Assembly (NCBI GenBank): GCA_002269645.1
Contig: NIVC01003609.1
Span: forward strand, 1 to 64,000
Direction of reading: 5' to 3'
Length of the DNA stretch: 64,000 bases
Source: Macrostomum lignano
Lineage: Eukaryota
Made by a program: the position numbers and the translations under genes. The notes under the pieces are model-generated. The model was not told where the DNA came from. It did not search any database and worked only from the letters and a program-made list of their open reading frames with translations. Shown here piece after piece: positions 36,908-64,000 of the stretch (positions within the stretch are counted from its first letter, which is position 1; each line of letters starts with the position of its first letter).

Positions 36908-38924
36908 CGTGCGCTTTTTTGTATACTATAACGTCTGATCGTGCTAAAATGGCACCAAAAAACCATTTTCTTTCGGCGTAACGCTGATGTTTATGCTATA
37001 GCACCATTTTTTCGCTTCTCTGACGCAGTAAATACGACGCCCATTTTTTACACCGAACAGCAGATGCTAACCGATTTTCTCTATTCCCATCCATCAAAGA
37101 CACTTTTTTCGAGCACCCCCACGCACATCGATCCATCCCATTGAGTTCGGGCGAACTCTCGTCACGAATCCATTATTGATTAACAGATTTGCTGTCTGGC
37201 ACCGATTGCTAAAGGCTTTTCATAAAGCAATTATGCTGATTCACTATGGATTGGACCGGTCAATATTAGGACACCGGATGCTTAAGCCAATAAAATTAAT
37301 GGATTTATTGTATCAATAGTCTTGAGCGAGAGATACTGGCAATAAATGGTATTCATTAGTCGCAGTGTGACGGATCATAGTAAACGAGAAATGAACAGCA
37401 TCTCATACTGTTTAGAATTTTTCTTCGAAGGCTGTGTCTTTGTATAGCCTGCGTCTTTGTAGCCTGCGTCTTTATCTGAAAAAATTATCCCAAATCATAC
37501 TCACGACAATAATCCCAAGAATAAAAGTTGCTGTTTCTTAGTACAATAAATCAAGCCTGTTCTATATAGGAAAGCTTACACGAACTGCATCTTTGACACC
37601 TTCATTTCTAGCCTAATAGGATAGTATAACTGATTTTCCTCGCATGTGAACATTTTACATGTAAGTCAATTTCAATTGGCAAAATTTGACAAGCTGATGA
37701 AATCGAAAAAAATGTAATATTACAGAGGATATCAACATGGCACTTAGGAAACTTCAGGCAGGGACTGATTGGAATTAATCGGCAATGCATGACCGAATTT
37801 TGCTTCACTCAACTAAAGGTAGCTATGTTAACGGACACCGTATATGCGTACTTAAGAAGCCCTCTCATAATCGCCATGGTCTCTAGAGAGCGTGCTTTGA
37901 GACGGTGATTAGCTTTTGATAGCTCGTATCTCGTGTGGCGCGCTCATTTCGTCTCCCCAAAAGCCTGTTTCAGACAGTTCGTTCTCCCGTTTGAGGAGGT
38001 TCATTTTGAGTCGACACTCTTGAGGTCTGTCTCGTTACGTACCCTGAGTATAGGTACCTAATTTGAGAGTAGACACTAGATACGCTCGTACGGCATACAT
38101 GATATTTGGAATGTAAGCTTTTTGGAGTCAGAGCGTACATGTACATGTAATTAGAGTGGTCAATGAGCTTGAAGGCGATTGACACCACGGGGTGACCGCA
38201 TTTACGTTGGTTGATCCATTAGGAGGAAACTCAGGTTGAGGCTGAGGTTTGGCTTGGGACTTGGGAGATCCGTGAATTTCCAGGGGGGGGGGGAATCCTT
38301 AGCCGATTGTTAGACTTCAGCCACTGAGAGAGGGATATTGGTGAAGCCCTATTCCAATCAGAGATGGGGAACTTGGGGAAGGCCAAGAGGGAGGTTAACG
38401 CCAAATGCCCAATGGGAAAGGGAGAGAATAAAAGGCAGAGAGCTTATCTGGCTGCCAGTGGCGCATTTGAAGGAAAGGGGGGGGGCTAGAAAAAGCATGG
38501 GGTAGCTGCCTCAGTACGATCGGGGGTTCCCCTCCAGTCCAACTCTGAATTTCTACCCCCCCCCCTCTCTTCTGTTCTCTGTCCTAAACTACAAGCCTAC
38601 AAAAACTGCCGCGCCACAAAATACTTTACAACTTACAAGCAGTACGCTCAGCGCATTAGGTTAGAAAACAAGCCAGTAAAGTTTACATTTACTCGCAAAA
38701 CCAAACCAATTAATATCAAATAAATCTTTTTTTACGGTAAACGGTAAACGTTAGTACACATCCTTCGCGATCATTTAATCCATTAGTTTAATTTGATTGT
38801 GTAGATAAGATAAGCGAGAGATAAGACAGCTACAGCTAGCTAGTTAACTGTAGATAATAAGTTCAGCAGTTAAGTTTCAATAGTTAGTTTATAGGAAAGC
38901 TAAATAGGAGTGTACAGGCGGAAG

Positions 38925-56339
<17,415 letters not shown>

Positions 56340-56519
56340 ACTCCCCAGCTGCTGCCGCTGCAGTTCTCCCTGTTGTTTGAAAACTTTGATGCTTTATTTC
56401 GTTAATTAATTGTACGGGCTAAATTTGAAACTCTGGCAAGGTGGCGTGCCCGAAGTTTGCTGAAAAAGTCGCTTTTATAATTGCTTTTAATTTTTTAAAA
56501 GATACGTCGCCCCTAAGCT

Positions 56520-56800
56520 TAAACTAAGAGACCGCCTCTAAACCTAAACTAAGAATCACCCTAAACCTAAACTAAGAATCACCCTAAACCTAAACTAAGA
56601 ATCACCCTAAACCTAAACTAAGAACTGCCTCTACAACTAAACTAAGAACCGTCTTTAAACCTAATCTAAAAATCGCCTTTAAACCTAAACTAAATATCAC
56701 TTCTAAACCTAAACTAAGAACCGCCTCAAAAACCGAATCTAAAAATCGCTTCTAAACCTAAGCTAAGAGTCGCCCCTAAACCTAAACTAAGAACTGACCC
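56520..56800. repeat. 23-bp minisatellite (aaacctaaactaagaatcaccct) downstream of the GLS stop
   Basis: Period 23. Confidence 0.88.
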
Positions 56801-59800
56801 TAAAGCTTGAATGTCAATCTTTTATTAATGAACCATTGCTGTTTTTCGACATCAAAGCTCGTAAAGTTTGAAGATGCCGAGGCTATTGTACAGCAACTTA
56901 ACCCCCCCCCACACAACCATCTTGCCTGTTTTGTCTGCACAATATATCTTTCCAATTGTCCTCTCCCGATTTCTCTGGTATTTTTTATTATTAATTTTTC
57001 ACACCTGGCAGTTTGGCTTTGGCTTGCTGGCTTTAATTGGCTGACGATTATTTACCAACCGTACGGATTTTATCATTACACATCAGATTATCTTGCCTCC
57101 ATTGCACTTCACCTAACATCTACTCGCTAAGTTCTGTTCAATGACCACAGGAATTATAGGAAATATATTAAATTTTGAATGATCTTTTGCCTCGAGCTTC
57201 AATGATCACGTTCACGTAATAAGAGAAATTCAAGTAGGTTTTTTGGAAATATATTTGAAGGCTTAAGTTTACCAAAGCTACGTCTCATAATGGAGGCTTT
57301 CGTTTATTACAATGTTTTTAAATATTGAGCCTTCAAAAATTACCAAGAAACGATCAGTGGTCATTCGACTATCGTCTTTTTTCTTTCCCTATGTCTACCT
57401 CTCTTAAGTCTCGAGATCCTCTGCTTCTGTTCCTCTCTTTTCCCATTTATCGATTACCGCAGTCGCATACGCTATTGATACTACTGCTGAACTACTTATG
57501 CGTATCAATTTGAATTCATTAACAGATCCAATGGCCAATGCCGCACGCTGATCAATTCATCAATCAATCAATATAATTACTGCTGTCATTTTTGCCTCTC
57601 CTTTCCCCAATCGCCATTGGTTAGTTTCAGAATTGCTTAAAATTTTTTGTAAGGATTTATTTATTCCAAGGACTACTGAAGCCCACGCATGTATTTTTAA
57701 CTACAATGGTCCTTGGATTAGATAAAATTATTTACGGTTAAAGAGATTTTCTTGTTAACCATTTTTTATAATATATTAAATATTTACATTGATAGTTCAT
57801 CGTTGCTTGTGTAGCTAATTTTAGATGCTAAATTCGGTCTTTTCGAACATGAAAATGTTGGTGTGTTTTACTGTCTCAGTTTTATTAATACACACAATAT
57901 ATTTTTACAGTATAGCAACGAAAAAAGATCATATGGTATGGTTATAGATGGATGCATGCAACTCTTGCAAAACTGGCGAGACTAGTTGTATTCTCTGTGT
58001 CAATAGCTAAAGTGATATCTGTGCCACTGGACTGCTACCCGCGTCATGCACCTGGAGTAGGTACGTGTCTGAAGTGATACCAAGTGTCACTAAAGTTATA
58101 CCCAGCTTGTGACTGACTGGAGTTATACATGTACAAGGACCACTGTATATAGCTATATAGCTACTGTATATCGCTTGATATAGCTATATCAAGTACAGTG
58201 GTCCTTGGAGTTAAGTTATACCCGTGTCAATAGAGCTATAAACGGTGTCACTGGATCCGGTCCAATGTAACTCAACCCTTCTGCTGTGTCCATTTGCTTG
58301 GAAAATTCCAACACAACGTACTACGGTTCCCTCCATTTGCACACACGGTGTCTTTTGTCGACGATCTCTCTCATGGCTCATATGGTGCATCGAATGCTTT
58401 GGGAATAACAATAAGTCTGCAATTCGTAGATTTATAAGTATAACTACGTACGTTATATCTATCTTTATACTGCGCCGCACATACTGGAAAAATACATGTG
58501 TCGATAAATTTTGCTGTGATAATAATACAAAAACATGTACATTATACTAGCACAATTGATATTGTAAAAACATTGTTTTATTAAACCTGTATAAATTTAC
58601 TATTGATTTTCTATTGTATGGATTTGGGGGTATTAACAATGGAGAAAAGCAAGGTTTGTTGTTGTTTACGTTTTACTTCCTTAGAACAGCGTAATTTTTT
58701 GAAGAGACCCCGGCGGACGCAGCCGAGGTCTGACTGCACGCAACACGCAACGTACGTTCGTGAGACTAAATAATGTAATTTATTTATTTAGTCCAGCACA
58801 TAGGACACAATCTCGACTATGGCTACCAGCCTACCACAGTACAGTATCACACACAATTTCATGCAGATCGGTATACTCATAATACAGAATGCTAGTGTCG
58901 TAGTGATTGCAAAACATTTCCCATCAAAACATAGCCTTTGCCTTAGGTAAGGCCATAGTTCTTATACGAGCGTATTATAGGCCTAGGAATATAAGATCTA
59001 TACTTAGGGCTAGCAAGGCTTAGGCCTACTACAAAAACTTTCCATGGCCTAATGGCCATTGGCCATATACTACTAGTAGTTTTTGATTATTTTAATACAA
59101 GTATTGGCCTAGCAGTAGTAGTAGGCCTAAGGCCTGTTGCTGTTGCTTGCTACATTGCTAGGCTAGCTTAGGCCTAGTGTAGGCTATGGCCATAGGTCTA
59201 AAGAGATGAAAAATCTCACATTTATCTGACTTAATTACTTTAAGGCCTTGAGATTTAATTTGATTATGATAATTCTATAAAATATAAATACTAAAATACA
59301 AAATATAAAATATATTTGAATCAATTTTCTTTAAAGTACTTTTTTAAACTTGGCATTCTTTTATTTTACAATCATACACATAGCACTAGGCCTATCCAAT
59401 ATGGGAGTCAAGAATTTTGATATATGACCTTTAATTACAAAGATAGCAAAATTAACTTAAAATTATTCTTAAAATCAAACTTCAGAAGAAGACTTAGGGC
59501 CTACTTCTAAATGCAGTATTGTAGCATCAACTTTTATATTTTATTAAGAATGTAGCTTAGGCCCCTATATTCAATTTTGTTATACAATCATTTAAATAAG
59601 TATTGCAATCCTAGGATCCCAAAATCCCCAGATTGGGCCCTAATCCTGGGATTTCCAGTCCTGGGATTTGGGGTCTCAAATCCTGGGGCTGGGACTAATT
59701 TTTGCTATTATTATTTTTATTAAAAATGTTATAGGCCCTAATATGAACAAAATTGGGCCCACAACTAGTTTATTATATTGCACTAATTTCTATTAGTTGC

Positions 59801-60382
59801 CTTGCATTGCATGGCACATTTTTAAACCCCGCATCACATATTTAATGTGAAATTTATTCCAATATAAATTTTGATGTATGATTTGCTTCTTTACTACTAG
59901 TTAGTATTTTTATACTACTTACTTAAATAAATCACAAGATAATGCTGTTTTTCACCTACAAAAAGATCATTATCACTATAACAATAAAAAATAAAAGCAA
60001 AAAATGCTTAGCTGATATTTTGCCTTGAAATTTCAACCCATAAGCTTTAAAATCTGTATTTTTTGATCCCAGGATTAAATACAGAGATTTACTAGCAATC
60101 TTTACCCTCCGTTGGGGGACATCTGTATAGAATCTCTGTTCTCTACAAGTAACAAAAAGATAGGGGCCTAGCCAAATAAAGTCTTTACAAAGAAAATAGA
60201 CAAAATACTCAAATGAAATGAAATGCAATGCAAAAAGAAATCATCCCAAGACAGCAAGCATTCCCCAGATAGCAAGCATCCCCTGGATAGCAAGCATCCC
60301 CCAGATAGCAAGCATCCCCCAAATAGCAAGCATCTCCAAGATAGATAGCATCCCCAAATAGCAAGCATCTCCAAGATAGATA

Positions 60383-60974
60383 CCCTATTGGAATAAATGT
60401 TAAAAACCCGCAGACGCGCGCTTTAGAAAAGAGTCAAACTATTTTACCGCGCTTTAGGATTATTAGAGATGTTCCGAAAGATCTGCAGTTTCGTCGAAAT
60501 CAAAATTCGCTAACTTTCCAAAATCAAAATTGAAATTTCCCGAAATCATAATTCAGAAAAACAAAGTTTAGTATGATCAACACTCACTTTTTTACTTTCT
60601 ATTTACTGCTTAAGCAAAAAGTAATACATGTATATGTAGTAGAAAGTAGTTTATTTTTAGCGACTTTTTAGACACTACCAAAATTTTCACTTCTAAATTT
60701 TATTTCGAAATTGAAATTTGCTCTAAAAAATTTCAAATTTTGGAAAATTGAAATTGAATTTTTGGAACATCTCTAAGCTTAATAAATTACGAGTGTATAA
60801 GCCCCTTCAACAGAGGTATTATACCCATTTCCATGTATATGTATTTGCTAGAGCAGCAGCCAGTAAGAAAGGGCAGCGCGCGCAGGCGCTGCGCCTGTGC
60901 GCGCGCTGCACTTTAGAAAAATTTCAAAAGTGCGCCGGACACCGTCCGCGGTTTTACAACTTTTTCCTATAGGG
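60383..60974. mobile_element. 592-bp MITE (CCCTAT...ATAGGG TIRs) inserted in a 19-bp minisatellite
   Basis: About 28-bp imperfect TIRs; exact 8-bp TSD gatagata (60375-60382, 60975-60982); the host repeat agatagcaagcatcccc resumes on the far side. Confidence 0.72.
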
Positions 60975-61239
60975 GATAGATAGCATCCCCAAATAGCAAG
61001 CATCCACCAGACAATAAGTAGCTAGTGCAACAATTTCCTTAGCATTATAGCGGCTCCTTTAAAATTTGCTTACTTTCAGGTTTGAAATTGTGTATCTTTT
61101 ATGTTTAATAGGGTGGCTCTTTTATGTTCTACATGGTGGCTCTTTTACGAGGGGTGCTGCAAAAGTTTCTGGACTGGTCTTCCTGATAGAACTTTTTTTG
61201 GAGCTGAGTGACATTTGACCCATAGACCAACTGGGCGTG

Positions 61240-62980
61240 CTGCATTTGGGGCTCAGACGTTGGGTCGGACGCAGGTGTTTGCCCATCACCGCCTTGCTGC
61301 TGAGGGTGTCATAGCCGCCAGCGATGCCCCACGTTCTAGCCATCCGCACTCCAGCACAGACAATGAAAATACTGCTGCAGTGCTGGAATATGTGTCAGCA
61401 AATCCATCAGTGTGCTTGCAAGAAGTGGAGAGTGTGTGTGGCATCCACAATTCATCCGTAGTGATGGATCAAAATTCGATTTAAATTTTGATATTCCGAA
61501 TTCCGAAACTAATTTTGCATCGAAATAATTTCGATTTCGAATTTTGACACCATTCATCAAAAATCATTTCGAAATTTTGGTTATATTTTAACAATTTAGA
61601 CAGTGATAATCCATGCTACACAAGAAAGAAAATCTATAGGAAGTGAAAGGAAGTGCAGTTCAAAGACTCAGTGGGGAGGTGAGAATTGCCTTTTCTACTA
61701 AAAAGATTGTGCAAGGCACACACTGTTCCAGGCCTTGTGCTGCACCCACCTCAACCTCCACAAGCCCACTGGCTGAACTCATCGGCGTGGATTCTAATTG
61801 GCTAAAGACTTAAAGCCTTAATGAAATGGATATAGGCTACTCGTATCTAGATCTTCAGCTTAAACAGTGGTGAAGTATAATACAACTTCTACTATATTTC
61901 TATGTATGAGTGTATGATACATAATATACTAGCATTTTCTATTTCGTATTTTTAAAGTAAGTTAAATCTTAAGTATTCTAGTTTAAACATATCAAAGATA
62001 CTTTTTATAAAACATGTAAGCTCATACATGCAGAGGCAAGGTGTTAACCTTTTTGCATGATTAGCGAAAAAGTAAAAATTTGTTAAGCTCAAAAATTTCG
62101 ATTTCAATTTCAATTTCGATTTCGATTCTAAGGAACCGAAAATTTCGATTTCGATTTGAAAAATAATTTCGATCCATCACTACTCATCCGTGTGTCGCAT
62201 TCTGCAGTGCATCAACTGGTCGAAGATTTGTGCCAAGTGGGTGCCACGCGAACTGATGGCTGAGCATAAGCAAGCGTGCATGCAATGTGCTACGGAGAAC
62301 TGGGCAGTGTGGAACGAACTCGGTGATGATAAGTTCAAGGAACTGGTCATCACAATGGATGAGACACCGCTGCCCATGTTCAACCCACTGACAAAACAGC
62401 AGTCGATGCAATGGGGCCCCAGGGGACGTCATATGCACACGAAGGCAATGAAATCGGCGTGGACGCAGAACATCATGTGCACTGTGTGGTTCGATGCACA
62501 AGGTGTGCTGCTTGTTGACTATCTGCCGCAGGGTCAGACGATCAACGCCGACTACATCATGAACCAGCTTAATCTTCTGCGCACTGCCGTTCTGTCCAAG
62601 CGTCGCATCAGAGGCCTTTTATTCTCTGGGACAATGCGCGTCCGCATGCTTTTGCTTGCACTTGTGCCAAGGTGGAAGAGCTTGGCTTCCGTTGGCTAAA
62701 CCACCCGGCTTACAGTCCCGACCTCGCCATTGCCGATTTCTACCTGTTTGGTCTGATGAAGATGCCAATGCGTGGCAAGGTCTTCACAACTCAGCAGGAA
62801 GTCATCGATGCCACCAATGCATCGTTGCAACAGTTCAATGCCAAGTTCTGGTAGACAGGCTTCGACAAGCTGATCGAACGATATCGGAAGTGCATTGCCT
62901 TGGATGGAGAATATGTGGAGCGTGCAAGTCCCAAGCCGGTTGATTCCTCAGAAGAGAACAGCAAGAGTGAGAGCGATTAA
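61240..62980 (+). pseudogene. Mariner transposase pseudogene (5'-deleted, MITE-interrupted, frameshift at about 62620, stop at 62852)
   Basis: Pieces 61215-61458 and 62190-62980 rejoin in frame as ...CGIHNSS|VCRILQ... once the MITE and one TSD copy are removed. Confidence 0.88.
61459..62182. mobile_element. hAT-like MITE (724 bp) nested in the mariner transposase
   Basis: TIR tagtgatggatc / gatccatcacta; 8-bp TSD ttcatccg / ctcatccg; subterminal ttcgattt repeats. Confidence 0.85.
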
Positions 62981-63407
62981 TGGTGCAGAAGCAATTGATT
63001 TTGCTCGAGACACTGATGCCACAGTTGTTTGTTTTGTTTGTTTTGCTGATTCTGTAGTTGCTGTTCAGTTTGTTCAGTTAGAGGTTCATCCATAAAATAA
63101 ATAAATTAGGGATACTAGTTTATTAATATCCCGTGGCAAACTCCGGAAACTTTTGCTAGTCACCTCTGCATGCGGAGGATTTTTTCATCTTTTCATTTTG
63201 TCACTAGTTGGGTGAGAAATTGTAAATGCTAGTTGAGAAAATAAAACTTATTATGGCTCTAGCGCCCACTGTGGTTCATGGACATGCTTGAAATTTTAAC
63301 ACAACATTCATCCTAGGCTAATGTTTCAATGGGTCAAATGTCACTCAGCTCTGATAAAAAGTGCCATGTCAGGAACTTTAGTCCGGAAACTTTTGCAGCA
63401 CCCTGAG

Positions 63408-63665
63408 TATGTTCTACATGGTAACTCTTTTATGTTTGATACGGTGGCTCTTCTATGTTTGACATGGTGGCTCTTCTACTCATATGTTTGACAAAGTAGC
63501 TTTTTAATGTTTGACATGGTGGCTCTTTGATGTTTGACATGGTGGCTCTTTAATTTTTGACATGGTGGCTCTTTAATGTTTGACATGATAGCTCTTTTAT
63601 GTTTGATATGGTGGCTCTTTAATGTTCAACATGGTTGTTTTCTATGTTTAACATTGTGCTTCTTT
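63408..63665. repeat. About 24-bp minisatellite (atgtttgacatggtggctctttta), continuing from about 61100-61147
   Basis: Same unit on both sides of the mariner. Confidence 0.85.
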
Positions 63666-63720
63666 TATGTTTAGCATTTTGTGTTTTTAATGTGTTTGAA
63701 TAAAAAAATTTTTGCACTAC

Positions 63721-63780
63721 TAAGATTTGAACCCATGTTGCTACATTAGCATTCTAGTCTATTCGCATCTGGGCTATCTC
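63721..63780 (-). mobile_element. Possible tRNA-derived SINE head or tRNA pseudogene
   Basis: Minus strand has A-box-like tagcccagatg and B-box-like gggttcaaatct at tRNA-like spacing; no full cloverleaf. Confidence 0.3.
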
Positions 63781-63935
63781 TTTTTAATTGGAGAATGTGA
63801 ATTGTGGCCCTATAATTCAATTCTTACAGCAAGTTGGTTAGAGTAAAAAGTTATAATATAATCAATTTCGCAGTCAGCCAGTATCAGTCCCAATTTAAGT
63901 TAGCAATATGGCTACACAATTTCAATCAAGTCGGG

Positions 63936-64000
63936 CATACATGCGCAACTGCTGGCCGACCTGGCCGATTCGGCCACCGTAAATCGTGGCTGACCAGGGG
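63936..64000 (+). mobile_element. Left end of a third CATACATGCGCAAC-family MITE (runs off the window)
   Basis: catacatgcgcaactgctggccgacctggccga matches 8922-8990. Confidence 0.6.

Larger units (their letters stand above)
61148..63407 (+). mobile_element. Mariner (DD34D) DNA transposon, defective, 2260 bp including a nested MITE
   Basis: About 80-bp imperfect TIRs (cgaggggtgctgcaaaagttt... / ...aaacttttgcagcaccctgag); TA TSD at 61146-47 and 63408-09; inserted in an about 24-bp tandem repeat; transposase motifs KICAKWVPR, TMDET, DNARPH, YSPDLAIAD (34 residues between the 2nd and 3rd D), DGEYVE. Confidence 0.93.

Noticed and set aside
56520-56800. Telomere-like CCCTAAA words
   Set aside because: They occur once per 23-bp unit of an ordinary minisatellite, not as a telomeric array.
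58211-58550. Overlapping 89-101 aa ORFs with a KAFD-like word on the minus strand
   Set aside because: No coherent domain or splice structure; at most a highly decayed RT scrap.
59595-60110. Possible hAT MITE with gattgcaatcc / atcccagg motifs
   Set aside because: Termini too eroded and no TSD identified.

Overview
Repeat-rich eukaryotic (invertebrate animal) DNA, not prokaryotic. Three host genes, all on the + strand, were assembled by hand from GT-AG exons. (1) Plastin/fimbrin: 6 coding exons, 5718-19560, about 684 aa, with one apparent 1-bp deletion in exon 2. (2) An ATP-binding-type universal stress protein with an intronless CDS, 23398-23859. (3) A GLS/KGA-type glutaminase with C-terminal ankyrin repeats: 13 coding exons, 38925-56339, 617 aa, frame intact. 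An animal USP together with GC-rich exons suggests a non-ecdysozoan, non-vertebrate animal such as a free-living flatworm; this is inference only. Mobile DNA includes a decayed Ty3/Gypsy element with its 3' LTR, RNase H-bearing LINE fragments, two mariner relics (one with TIRs, TA TSD, DD34D triad and a nested MITE), and at least six MITEs with 8-bp TSDs. The most unusual feature is the intron architecture: 16 of 18 introns carry their own mini/microsatellite. Several arrays are built from splice-signal-like words (GTGAGA decoy donors; CTCACCTG, the antisense of the donor consensus). Many units have a palindromic core, and one array is a cluster of RFX X-box matches. Most long entries in the ORF track are artefacts of these repeats.
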